Shown: piece after piece, positions 1 to 11,011 of the stretch
Position numbering within the stretch: position 1 is the stretch's first letter
Layout: each line of letters opens with the position of its first letter
Notes under the pieces: generated by a model
The model's input: only the letters and a program-made list of their open reading frames with translations
Told to the model about the DNA's origin: nothing
Databases searched by the model: none
Program-made: the position numbers and the translations under genes
NCBI GenBank assembly: GCA_964187785.1
Contig: OZ076418.1
Coordinates: forward strand, 12,276,001 to 12,340,000
DNA from: Amphiscolops sp. MND2022
Lineage: Eukaryota
Direction of reading: 5' to 3'
DNA: 64,000 nucleotides

Positions 1-454
1 ATTTGTTGATGCTCAACTACAATGAGCAGATGAGGCAAGAGAAAGATGAACACTTCTCAGCGAAGGGATAACAAACGTTCTTCGTTATCGTTGGACAACT
101 TACTTCGGCGTCTGAAAAGAGAATCCCAGAGAAACGTTCTTGCAGGATATACGTTGTAATAAAACAATTGACGGATGCGATTTAGGAATTCAAGCAGAAC
201 TTGAATCAGTTCTGCAGGTGACCTGGGAGTGTAATTGTTGCTCCAATGCTTCGAACTATTGTTACTGATGACAACTTGTCAAATGGCTGTTTTGTTTGCG
301 AGTTGTGGGGCCACAGCGAGGAAGATTCAGTAAATTTTCGAAGCGATACGTCGAGGACGAGTTGAAACTGAGTCATCGTAATGCAAAAGAGCTATTGGAG
401 AGTGATGTACAAAAGGAACGAAGGATGGACTTTGATTTTAGGATAACATCGAGA

Positions 455-3105
455 CAAGACGTGAGTGAGCCGCTGAGTATAACGTTGCAAGTTCTTACTC
501 GGAGTTAGGAGGTGAGCTGCTTTTTTAATGAGATGTTTTTATAATTGATTCTTTCGATGATTTGATGGAGTACTTGCCGTCAGTAGTAGTTCTGATTCTC
601 TCTTGTAGACTATTGTTATGACTATAATGGTGAGTTTTCCTTTTTATTTTAGTGGATGGCAGAGTTGATTGGGAGAGGGGGTGATGTTATTCTAACACAG
701 TTAGAACTGATGGAACAGGCTTATGGCTCCTTGTCCGTCTTTGCTAAACGTGAGGTCAATGTCTCGTCGGAGCTGGGGGAATGCGAGTATGTGATAAACT
801 TCCTTTCAAATCAGAACTTTATGGTTCTGGATGAGTTGGAAACAATTGGTCCCTTTTTGCCCTAACTTGTGTATTTGTAAAGATTCTTCTTGTGTGCTTG
901 TATCGAAAAGGCTCCAAGAAAGAGAAGGGAGCAATTAAAGAGAAGATGTTTTCAAGGGTGCCAGACCTTCAAGCAGTTGCTGTAGTATACGAGAAAATCA
1001 AGGAACTCTGCAACCGAGATGTCACGGAGAAGTTTTTGACGTTGAAAGAACTCAAATGTTTCAATTTTTTGACCCTCGCCTTCAATTTGAATGAACGACA
1101 CGGACCATTAATAGATGATTTGACATGGGAGGCAGTTGACCAAATAAAGGATAGTGGTGTCATTGATTGCAAGGAGCATAAAACTGGTCATTTTTTCAAT
1201 ATGAAGTTAAAAATCCACATAGAACAGTTTCCCTGGCTGGAGCGCCTGAAAGAAGAATCTATTTCAAAGCATGGGCCGAATAAAACAAGAGTTTTTGGGA
1301 CGTACAAAGACACGGAAGAACATTCAATGTCCAAAATCATCAAGGAGGTACTTCCCAAACATTTTGATGACCTTTCGATTTTTAACAATGATTTTAATGG
1401 TAATTCCATACGTAAGATGTGGGAAACACGTGTATTATAACAAAGGCACAATGAGTGCAGATCAGGTTTCATTCCATAAGTCTCAAAGCGCCCACGGACC
1501 AGCTACTGCTGGTAATCATTATGTCAACTTTCCGAAACCAAGCGAAGACGTCATTGACTTTTACCACAATACGTTGCAAAGAGAAGTCAATAAGTTAAAA
1601 GGAGGACCTGCAGAAAGTTCATCGTGTCCCGGAACCCCTAGTGAATCGAAGTCTGTTTCAAAAACAGAGACTCCAGTTGCTTCAACGTCTGTCAGCGACC
1701 GCAAGAAAGTGAGAATGACCTTTACTACTTCTTCCTTGTGTCACGTAAATGTATCATCTTGAAAGAACATAAGATAATCAATCGAATCTTATTACAAGTT
1801 TCATTTATTACAAATTATCATCAATTTTTCTCACCAATTGGCTCTTTTTCCTTCAACCCCCCCCCCCAACACGCTGTGAACACCAATTTTTTACCTAATG
1901 AAATGTGTTCAATTGTAACTTTTAATTGATTTTCAAACAAATAAGGCACTGTATTTTGCTGACACCTCAAAAAATGCATAAAATGCTATCTTTTTGGCAT
2001 TATTTTCTAATATTTCATCAGTGTTTGTCATGTGTGGGGGAGGGGGAAGGAAAAAGTTCCCACAAGTTAATGTATTGTAGTAGATAATAGTAATTGGTCT
2101 GATAAAGTTGTTTTTTTTTCACAGGCACGAAAAGAAGTCCAATCGACGCCAAAATCGGCACAACAAAGCACAACAGCAGTTCTGAAAACACCTCGCCCGA
2201 AGATTTCCAGTGATGTTTCCATCAAAAGCAAGCGGAAGAAATTCTCAGAGAGTTCCAGTGATTCATTCCACCCAGATGATGACAACAGCTCGTCTGCGGC
2301 ATCGCCTACACCTAGTAAAAATAGTGCCAATAGAAACAAAGCAATCTCTATCGATAGAAAGAAATTCATTGAGACCCTTACCAAGTGGAAGAAACGTACT
2401 CCCACACAAGCAGATAAAGCATTGAAGCTGTTCACTGGTCTGCAGCTCATCGTGAAGAAAAAGTACGCCATCCGTCAGATTCGAGATGCTGGAATAAAGC
2501 TCACTGTCCAGCAAGAAATTTGATTTATTCAAAAATCAAGTGGGCTTGCTTTTCTCACCTACCAAAAAGTGGCCAATCATGATGAGTTTCTGGGATGAAT
2601 ATTGATAACAAGTTTTTTGGACGAAACTTGGTTGTTTTTGTTGTTGTTTGCAGCATTGTTGAATGTTTTTGTTCATGTTTTTAGAACCGACCAAATATGT
2701 TTTTGGCATTGTTATTTTTGAAACTTTGAAAGATTTGGAGATTGAAGATAATTTCTTTAGTCTCAAGCCGTTTTTCGTAAAGCAGTTTTTGGCTGACTGA
2801 GATAGAAGAATATGTACTTGTTGTATTTTACTGTTTGACGGAATAAGCAGTTTCGAGAAAATATTTGTTCGGATTGATATTTGTTTTAGTATGTCTTTAC
2901 AATCTTCGAGCAAAGTCAGAAAAAGGATTTTTTTTTCAGAAATGCTGAATATTTTTGTGGAGCAAAATGTGTGTGTGAACAACACCGGTTTTTCAAAAGG
3001 TCTGTCCGGGACGTGTCAAGAAGAAAAAAAACAGCTCAAATTCAGAAAAACAACTTCATGGAGACTAAATTGAAGGAACTGAAACAGCAGAGTGAATCAA
3101 ATCTT
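455..3105 (+). repeat. Copy 1 of a ~2.95-kb tandem segmental unit (tyrosine recombinase element body)
   Basis: Aligns by eye to 3408-6066 at an offset of ~2953 bp. It starts at CAAGAC|GTGAGT and breaks off after GAGTGAATCAAATCTT at 3105. Confidence 0.9.
892..1708 (+). pseudogene. Tyrosine recombinase catalytic exon, frameshifted copy
   Basis: Same sequence as 3845-4663 but lacks 2 nt at ~1427 (GAAAC-ACGTG vs GAAACTTACGTG). The product is split into ORFs 892..1440 and 1271..1762. Confidence 0.75.
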
Positions 3106-3272
3106 GGCTAGTAGTAGTCCCACCGCCGTTGAACAAAAAATGAAAGTTAGAAATTTTGTTCAGTTTCTGGGGGCGCAAAGTTTTTGGGCTGGGTAGCTGG
3201 GAAATTTTTGAGATAGCGGGGTGCTGAAAGTGAAACTTCAATCGGGTTGTTTTCAGAGCGCATTGAATAAAT

Positions 3273-3818
3273 ATGGCGGGTGTCCCAGTGATAGATCCTG
3301 CAGATGGTGTTTGGAACACTCTTTTTATCCATCAGGAAGTTTCGGAATTGGCAGCCTTAGCTAAAGAATTACGAAAGCCGATGTTACGATTGGCGGCAGC
3401 GGTTCCGCAAGACGTGAGTGAGCCGCTGAGTATAACGTTGCAAGTTCTTACTCGGAGTTAGGAGGTGAGCTGCTTTTTTAATGAGATGTTTTTATAATCA
3501 ATTCTTTCGATGATTTGATGGAGTACTTGCCGTCAGGAGTAGTTCTGATTCTCTCTTGTAGACTATTGTTATGACTATAATGGTGAGTTTTCCTTTTTAT
3601 TTTAGTGGATGGCAGAGTTGATTGGGAGAGGGGGTGATGTTATTCTAACACAGTTAGAACTGATGGAACAGGATTATGGCTCCTTGTCCGTCTTTGCTAA
3701 ACGTGAGGTCAATGTCTCGTGGGAGCTGGGGGAATGCGAGTATCTGATAAACTTCCTTTTAAATCAGAACTTTATGGTTCTGGATGAGTTAGAAACAATT
3801 GGTCCCTTTTTGCCCTAA
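3273..3818 (+). CDS. Small two-exon hypothetical protein (~117 aa; exons 3273-3413 and 3606-3818) at the 5' end of the recombinase unit
   Basis: ATG in context AAATATGG; phase-0 donor GAC|GTGAGT; phase-0 acceptor TTTTATTTTTAG|TGG; open to TAA 3818. The second exon is conserved in copy 1 (653-865). No recognisable domain. Confidence 0.45.
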
Positions 3819-3844
3819 CTTGTGTATTTGTAAATATTGTTCTT

Positions 3845-4663
3845 GTGTGCTTGTATCGAAAAGGCTCCAAGAAAGAGAAGGGAGCAATTAAAGAGAAGAT
3901 GTTTTCAAGGGTGCCAGACCTTCAAGCAGTTGCTGTAGTATACGAGAAAATCAAGGAACTCTGCAACCGAGATGTCACGGAGAAGTTTTTGACGTTGAAA
4001 GAACTCAAATGTTTCAATTTTTTGACCCTCGCCTTCAATTTGAATGAACGACACGGACCATTAATAGATGATTTGACATGGGAGGCAGTTGACCAAATAA
4101 AGGATAGTGGGGTCATTGGTTGCAATGAGCATAAAACTGGTCATTTTCTCAATATGAAGTTAAAAAGCCACATAGAACAGTTTCCCTGGCTGGAGCGCCT
4201 GAAAGAAGAATCTATTTCAAAGCATGGGCCGATAAAAACAAGAGTTTTTGGGACGTACACAGACACGGAAGAACATTCAATGTCCAAAATCAACAAGGAG
4301 GTACTTCCGAAACATTTTGATGACCTTTCGATTATTAACGATGATTTTAATAGTAATTCCATACGTAAGATGTGGGAAACTTACGTGTATTATAACAAAG
4401 GCACAATGAGTGCAGATCAGGTTTCATTCCATAAGTCTCAAAGCGCCCACGGACCAGCTACTGCTGAGAATCATTATGTCATCTTTCCGAAACCAAGCGA
4501 AGACGTCATTGACTTTTACCACAATACGTTGCAAAGAGAAGTCAATGAGTTAAAAGGAGGACCTGCAGAAAGTTCATCGTGTCCCGGAACCCCTAGTGAA
4601 TCGAAGTCTGTTTCAAAAACAGAGACTCCAGTTGCTTCAACGTCTGTCACAGACCGCAAGAAA
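3845..4663 (+). CDS. Tyrosine recombinase (phage-integrase fold, Crypton-like) catalytic exon, intact copy
   Basis: Catalytic motifs occur in canonical order: NERHG (R, 4049), EHKT (K, 4133), NSIRK (xxxR, 4364), SAH (H, 4448) and NHY (Y, 4475). H-to-Y spacing is 9 residues, as in lambda Int H333/Y342. There is an in-phase donor AAA|GTGAGA at 4663/4664. The true start is uncertain (ATG of MFSRVP or an upstream splice). Confidence 0.75.
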
Positions 4664-5902
4664 GTGAGAATGATCTATACTACTTCTTCCTTGTGTCACG
4701 TAAATGTAACATCTTAAAAGAAAACATAAGATAATCAATCGAATCTTATTACAAGTTTATCATCAATTTTTCTCACAAGTTGGATCTTTTTCCTTCAACC
4801 CCCCCCCCCCCCCCAACACGCTGTGAACGCCAATTTTTTACCTAATGAAATGTGTTCAATTGTAACTTTTAATTGATTTTCAAACAAATAAGGCACTGTA
4901 TTTTGCTGACACCTCAAAAAAATGCATAAAATGCTATCTTTTTGGCATTATTTTCTAATATTTCATTAGTGTTTGTCATGTGTGGGGGAGGGGGAAAGAA
5001 AAAGTTCCCACTAGTTAATGTATTGTAGTAGATAATAGTAACTGGTCTGATAAAGTTTTTTTTCACAGGCACGAAAAGAAGTCCAATATTCGACGCCAAA
5101 ATCGGCACAACAAAGCACAACAGCAGTTCTGAAAACACCTCGCCCGAAGACTTCCAGTGATGTTTCCATCAAAAGCAAGAGGAAGAAGAAATTGTCAGAG
5201 AGTTCCAGTGATTCATTCCACCCAGATGATGACCACAGCTCGTCTGCGGCATCGCCTACTCCAGGTAAAAATAGTGCCAATAGTAACAAAGCAGGCTCTA
5301 TCGATAGAAAGAAATTCATTGAGACCCTTACCAACTTGACAGTGGAAGAAACGTACTCCCACACAAGCAGAAGAAGCATTGAAGCTGTTCACTGGTCTGC
5401 AGCTCATCGTGGAGAAAAAGGACGCCATCCGCCAGATTCGAGATGCTGGAATAAAGCTCACTATCCAGCAAGAAAATTTGATTTATTTAAAAATCAAGTG
5501 GGCTTGCTTTTCTCACCTACCAAAAAGTGGCCAATTATGATGAGTTTCTGGGATGAATAATGATAACAAGTTTCTTGGACAAAACTTGGTTGTTTTTGTT
5601 GTTGTTTGCAGCATTGTTGAATGTTTTTTTTTGGTATTTTTAGAACCGACCAAATATGTTTTTGGCATTGTTATTTTTGAAACTTTGAAAGATTTGGAGA
5701 TTGAAGATAATTCCTTTAGTCTCAAGCCGTTTTTCGTATAGCAGTTTTTGGCTGACTGAGAAAGAAGAATATGTACCTGTTGTATTTTACTGTTTGACGG
5801 AATAAGCAGTCTCGAGAAAATATTTGTTCGGATTGATATTTGTTTTAGTATGTCTTTACAATCTTCGAGCAAAATCAGAAAAAAAGTAATTTTTTTTCAG
5901 GA

Positions 5903-6160
5903 ATGCTGAAATTTTTTGTGGAGCAAAATGTGTGTGTGAACAACACCGGTTTTTCAAAAGGTCTGTCTGGGACGTATCAAGAAGAAAAAACAGCTCAAAT
6001 TCGGAAACACAACTTCATGGAGACTAAATTGAAGGAACTGAAACAGCAGAGTGAATCGAATCTTTTTGACGACAGCTATGGGGACGGCAGAGGCTTGAAC
6101 ATTGAAAGACTCTGGCGGTATCATTCACTCTTGGATGGACCAGAAGTGTGCTGTGGATAA
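5903..6160 (+). CDS. Hypothetical short ORF or exon in the repeat unit (also at 7335-7592)
   Basis: Preceded by a TTTTTTTTCAG acceptor-like site and open in two copies. No recognisable domain. Confidence 0.25.
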   Translation: MLKFFVEQNVCVNNTGFSKGLSGTYQEEKTAQIRKHNFMETKLKELKQQSESNLFDDSYGDGRGLNIERLWRYHSLLDGPEVCCG

Positions 6161-6385
6161 CTGTTCTGCTGTGGTACAGTGAATTCACTCAATAATTTCC
6201 ATTCATCTTATACCCCAGAAGCGATGCAAATCAGAATCATATATACACCACATGATTTGTCGTGTACTTGCTGGCAATGATGTACGGAATTTTGCAATCA
6301 ACAATCAAAAATACTGCTGTTGGGACGAACAACGCAGGGCTTAAACGTGTGTTTCTGGAACGAATACCAAAAGACGTTGAATGAT

Positions 6386-7818
6386 GCATTATTTTCTAAT
6401 ATTTCATTAGTGTTTGTCATGTGTGGGGGAGGGGGAAGGAAAAATTCCCACAAGTTAATGTATTGTAGTAGATAATAGTAACTGGTCTGATAAAGTTTTT
6501 TTTCACAGGCACGAAAAGAAGTCCAATATTCGACGCCAAAATCGGCACAACAAAGCACAACAGCAGTTCTGAAAACACCTCGCCCGAAGACTTCCAGTGA
6601 TGTTTCCATCAAAAGCAAGAGGAAGAAGAAATTGTCAGAGAGTTCCAGTGATTCATTCCACCCAGATGATGACAACAGCTCGTCTGCGGCATCGCCTACT
6701 CCTAGTAAAAATAGTGCCAATAGTAACAAAGCAAGCTCTATCGATAGAAAGAAATTCATTGAGACCCTTACCAAGTGGAAGAAACGTACTCCCACACAAG
6801 CAGAAGAAGAAGCATGGAAGCTGTTCACTGGTCTGCAGCTCATCGTGAAGAAAAAGGACGCCATCCGCCAGATTCGAGATGCTGGAATAAAGCTCACTGT
6901 CCAGCAAGAAAAATTGATTTATTCAAAAATCAAGTGGGCTTGCTTTTCTCACCTACCAAAAAGTGGCCAATCATGATGAGTTTCTGGGATGAATATTGAT
7001 AACAAGTTTCTTGGACAAAACTTGGTTGTTTTTGTTGTTGTTTGCAGCATTGTTGAATGTTTTTGTTCGTATTTTTAGAACCGACCAAATATGTTTTTGG
7101 CATTATTTTTGAAACTTTGAACGATTTGGAGATTGAAGATAATTCCTTTAGTCTCAAGCCGTTTTTCGTATAGCAGTTTTTGGCTGACTGAGAAAGAAGA
7201 ATATGTACCTGTTGTATTTTACTGTTTGACGGAATAAGCAGTCTCGAGAAAATATTTGTTCGGATTGATATTTGTTTTAGTATGTCTTTACAATCTTCGA
7301 GCAAAATCAGAAAAAAAGTAATTTTTTTTCAGGAATGCTGAAATTTTTTGTGGAGCAAAATGTGTGTGTGAACAACACCGGTTTTTCAAAAGGTCTGTCT
7401 GGGACGTATCAAGAAGAAAAAACAGCTCAAATTCGGAAAAACAACTTCATGGAGACTAAATTGAAGGAACTGAAACAGCAGAGTGAATCAAATCTTTTTG
7501 ACGAAAGCTATGGGGACGGCAGAAGCTTGAACATTGAAAGACTCTGGCGGTATCATTCACTCTTGGATGGACCAGAAGTGTGCTGTGGATAACTGTTCTG
7601 CTGTGGTACAGTGAATTGACTCAATAATTTCCATTCATCTTATACCCCAGAAGCGATGCAAATCAGAATCATATATACACCACATGATTTGTCGTGTACT
7701 TGCTGGCAATGATGTACGGAATTTTGCAATCAACAATCAAAAATACTGCTGTTGGGACGAAAAACGCAGGGTTTAAATGTGTGTTTCTGGAACGAATACC
7801 AAAAGACGTTGAATGATG
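6386..7818 (+). repeat. Copy 3: head-to-tail duplication of the 3' ~1.44 kb of the unit
   Basis: Matches 4945-6385. The ORFs at 5903 and 7335 are near-identical (offset 1432). The junction reads GAATGATGC|ATTATTTTC. Confidence 0.9.
6509..6976 (+). CDS. Putative last exon of the recombinase gene: S/K-rich linker plus small helical (Myb/SANT-like?) C-terminal domain
   Basis: Acceptor TTTTTTTCACAG|GCA is in phase 0 with the donor at 4663. The frame is open to TGA 6976 (ARKEVQYSTPK...EEEAWKLF...IYSKIKW). The homologous exons at 2125 and 5069 differ by several 3-nt indels plus one frameshift each. Confidence 0.5.
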   Translation, partial: ARKEVQYSTPKSAQQSTTAVLKTPRPKTSSDVSIKSKRKKKLSESSSDSFHPDDDNSSSAASPTPSKNSANSNKASSIDRKKFIETLTKWKKRTPTQAEEEAWKLFTGLQLIVKKKDAIRQIRDAGIKLTVQQEKLIYSKIKWACFSHLPKSGQS

Positions 7819-8752
7819 CTACTGGGACGAAAGAAGCTCAAAGGATTTCGATGATGTGTTTTCCTGGAACGAATATGTGTTCTAAGGTTATTTACATTTT
7901 CTTATTGTTCTTGTTGTGGATTCACAGCTTCCACTTTTCATTTTGCAGGGTTGGAAAATTTCAAAACATATTTGAAACTACGAGATTTTGACGAAAACTC
8001 TTCGATATCAGAAATGGGCTGACTTTGGCACATTACCTCAGAGTATTTTCCCATAAAAACCATGGGACTTATTCTTAATGTTTCCATCCATCTTCCACAT
8101 TTTTCAGCTGGAATCGAAAAGATATTCGGCACATTGCTAGTTCCATCATTGCAAAAACAGTTCAAAACACCTCTTCAGTAATGAAAATCAATTCATAACG
8201 AACAAATTTGAATTTTTTTCCAACCCCGTCTTTTTGTTCAAATATATATCAAATTCTCCTCAACTTTTCCTTGCCATTCGCCTTTAGCTGCTCCACTTTA
8301 GCTTCTGCAAAAAAGGGCAAAGGGTTAGACAAGGAACCAACACCGTTGCTTAACAAGAATAATTACTGTGTCATTTCAATGATTTGGGAGCTGTCGTACT
8401 TATAAAGCCCACCCAAACTAGTCCCTCAGAAGCGCAAAACGCTACTACTCTTTTGATTGCAAGGCGCCAGTAGTTGTACGCAATGCGCCATTTCGGTCTC
8501 GCAAATCGCCAGTAGTGCAAATCGCCAGCAAAAAGCGCCATTTTTCTTTGGTTTTGATTGTTGACCTAATAGTTTATTTTATTGTCTTTGCAAAATCACC
8601 AAAGTGCTTTTTAATCATTCCAAACAAGTTCCCCGAACTATCTGAGGCATTTGCGTGAGTGCGAACGTTAAAATTTTGCATTTAAGAGAGATATAATCGA
8701 AAAATCACACACAGCGCCAGTTCCGGAGGTACGCGAAACGCCCGAGCGCAGA

Positions 8753-8774
8753 AGTAGTAGTAGTAGTAGTAGTA
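8753..8774 (+). repeat. (AGT/TAG)n microsatellite, ~7 units
   Basis: AGTAGTAGTAGTAGTAGTAGTA is directly visible. Confidence 0.9.
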
Positions 8775-9107
8775 TACTTCGTGGGGCGCTGACGGCTCCT
8801 ATGGCTGCCCTCAGCGACCGAGGCCCATTGAGCATAGGACCCCGCAGCGCCCGATTTTCAACCCCGGCTTGTAGAGGCCGCCTATCGATACCGCAGTTAT
8901 AATAGATGCTACAGCATTCAAATACAAGCTCCCAAAAAAATCAGGCCATTCCAGTTCGGTCTAAGACAAAAACGCGGGCATATGTAGTAAGGGTTCCAAA
9001 AAATACTACGTGCGGGCGTACACGGCGTTTCGATTACTACGTGCGGGCGATGACGGAATTTTTTAGTTCTGATGTTTTTAAAATATTTTTAAAGCCTTTA
9101 AATCGCT

Positions 9108-9668
9108 TTTTAGTCGGCGCTTTTCGAAGAAAAACGCAGACTATAGTAGTGACTTTTTTTTAAGACCAACGAACTGACAGATTTTATAAAGAGTTATAAA
9201 TAGCTGAGCTGACTTACAGTAACTGCACTAACAGTAACCGCAACGCTAGCTATCACTGCTAGCACTTGGCATAGAGGTTAATTAGGCTTTTTGAGGTCTG
9301 CCAAGCAGAAGGACGTGGGTTCGAGTCCCGTCCTTGATCAAATTTTTTTGTGCAGGTTTTTTTCGGCTTTGTGAGACTTTTTTCGCAAATTTTTTTAATG
9401 TCTCCGAAGGGTCCACCCTTCATTTTGTTTTCTATTTTGCATAAGAATGGATGTTCAAAACCTCCCAAAGGGCCCCTTTTACAATTTTTTGGCACTATGC
9501 GACTTACCGGAGACCAAAAAATTTCGAAAAAAAAATTCAAAAAAGTTCGGATTTTTTAAAATTTTTCCTCACGCGGGTACTGTAGGAGAGAATACTTGAA
9601 ACTTTGAAGTCTTTTTGCTATTTTTGAGCCTTAGATATGGCGCCGACTCGGGCCGTTCCCGGCTTGTT
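9108..9668 (+). mobile_element. Helentron-associated non-autonomous element (HINE/DINE-1-like)
   Basis: 5' subterminal AGTCGGCGCT and 3' inverted GCGCCGACT, followed by the short hairpin GCCG-TTCC-CGGC and TT/T-rich ends. Dispersed copies occur elsewhere in the window. Confidence 0.6.
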
Positions 9669-9750
9669 TCATTGATGTTGTGATGTTTTAGGATGTTCTA
9701 AGTGGTGTCAGACAGTATTAATAAGTTTCAAACTATATTTAGATTGAAAA

Positions 9751-10269
9751 TTGAAGAACTTGGCTTTGACCCTGTTTGATGAAATCATCAATTCGCTGTC
9801 CCAAATCGACCCGTTTGAAGACCCATTATCCCTTCAAGAGGTATTAGTTGATTGTCAAATTGATGTAGCACAACAAACAAACCCGCCGGAGTCAGAAAAT
9901 TTTCTGGAAACAGGAGTTGATATTGACCAAAATGCCAAAAGTGTCAGTTTTGAAGCGAATTTGGGTGAATTTATCCTTGAAAACGTGCTCCAGGTGGGCT
10001 CCTCTGGTGCCAATCTGGTCCCAGAGGGCTCCACCCATGACGAGAACATCGAAAATCAATCTTCGGATGAAAATAGCTCTCCTGAAACTAATATTAGAAA
10101 CGATATCTACGATGGAAGGGTCAAATGCATCATTTGCACATCAGCCGTTTTGAAGATGAGGAACCATATAAACACGGTTCATAGATGTATAGATGCTCGT
10201 ATTCGGACATACCTCATTGCCTACTACCGCAATCTTGGCAAAAACGATGTCTGGGACTGTCGCAACTGA
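9751..10269 (+). pseudogene. Acidic, C2H2 zinc-finger-containing ORF fragment
   Basis: CIICTSAVLKMRNHINTVH is a C-x2-C-x9-H-x4-H finger after an acidic low-complexity tract. No ATG start; stops on both sides. Confidence 0.4.
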
Positions 10270-10274
10270 GACTC

Positions 10275-10379
10275 CGCTATACCCTTGTCGAGTAGATACA
10301 GAATCAGTCCTGCACTACTTATTCTTTTGCCCCCTGTACGACCAGTTTCGTGCGCCCGAACTTGCCACAGGAAACATCT
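10275..10379 (+). mobile_element. LINE ORF2 C-terminal zinc-knuckle fragment
   Basis: PCRVDTESVLHYLFFCPLYDQFR resembles the C..ET..H.LF.CP.Y...R motif at the end of LINE ORF2. Confidence 0.5.
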
Positions 10380-10615
10380 AGTTGGCTAGATTTTATAAAA
10401 CAATTTTAACGCAAAATGTGTCAGCCAATCAGAACGCTCGTTAGTTAGCGTAAGTCCACACCCAAACGAGGTCCGAAAAAATTTCAAAACTTTTATTTTC
10501 GATGCTGATTACAACGCACCAAACCCGAGCTCGATCGGAGCTGTGTACGTGAAGTTGACTTTTTGACTTTCCCTCAAGAAAGTAAGGTCGAGCTATCTTA
10601 GAAAAATTTCAACAT

Positions 10616-10940
10616 TGTAAATTGTGTATATTTCCCTTTGGAAATTCAATGTATATTTCCCTGTGGAAATTCTCTCCGAATTCAATCTGATCCAAACGAG
10701 ATTTTTAACAGAAAGAGATTCAATTAATGCTAGAAGAACGGAACAATCAGAGTTAAAATGTGGGAACTAGCTAATCTGAATGGTTGAAAACAAAACCAAA
10801 GAATTTTACCGCACAAACGTGTGAACAAAAATCAAACTTCATACGTGAAACAATATGATTAGTTGCATGAACAGCATGGCAACGTGTCAGATAAACATGT
10901 CTAGAATAAAATTGAACAAACAGAAATTTTGGCGTTAACA
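10616..10940 (-). repeat. 3' LTR of BEL/Pao element 1
   Basis: Direct repeat of 17156-17478 with about 10 substitutions and one 2-bp indel by eye (~96-97%). PPT GGGGCGGAGTA lies immediately upstream on the minus strand. Confidence 0.95.
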
Positions 10941-11011
10941 TACTCCGCCCCTTGGACTATCAGTTCAATATAAATGGTCTCAATATATATATGGTCTTTC
11001 AGAGTGTGAAA

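Larger units (their letters stand above)
3408..6385 (+). repeat. Copy 2 of the tandem segmental unit
   Basis: Near-identical to 455-3105 and extends further 3'. Its 3' portion (4945-6385) is duplicated again immediately downstream. Confidence 0.9.

Noticed and set aside
3845-4717. Prophage or bacterial integrase contamination
   Set aside because: The gene is flanked by in-phase GT-AG splice sites and polypyrimidine tracts, no phage genes are nearby, and it is contiguous with eukaryotic repeats.
8753-8774. Telomeric repeat
   Set aside because: The unit is TAG, not TTAGGG or TTAGG, and the tract is short and internal.
8775-8860. HDV-like ribozyme
   Set aside because: GCTG-CCCT-CAGC resembles a P3/L3 element, but no matching P1 helix or J4/2 could be placed. 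Kept only as a generic hairpin.
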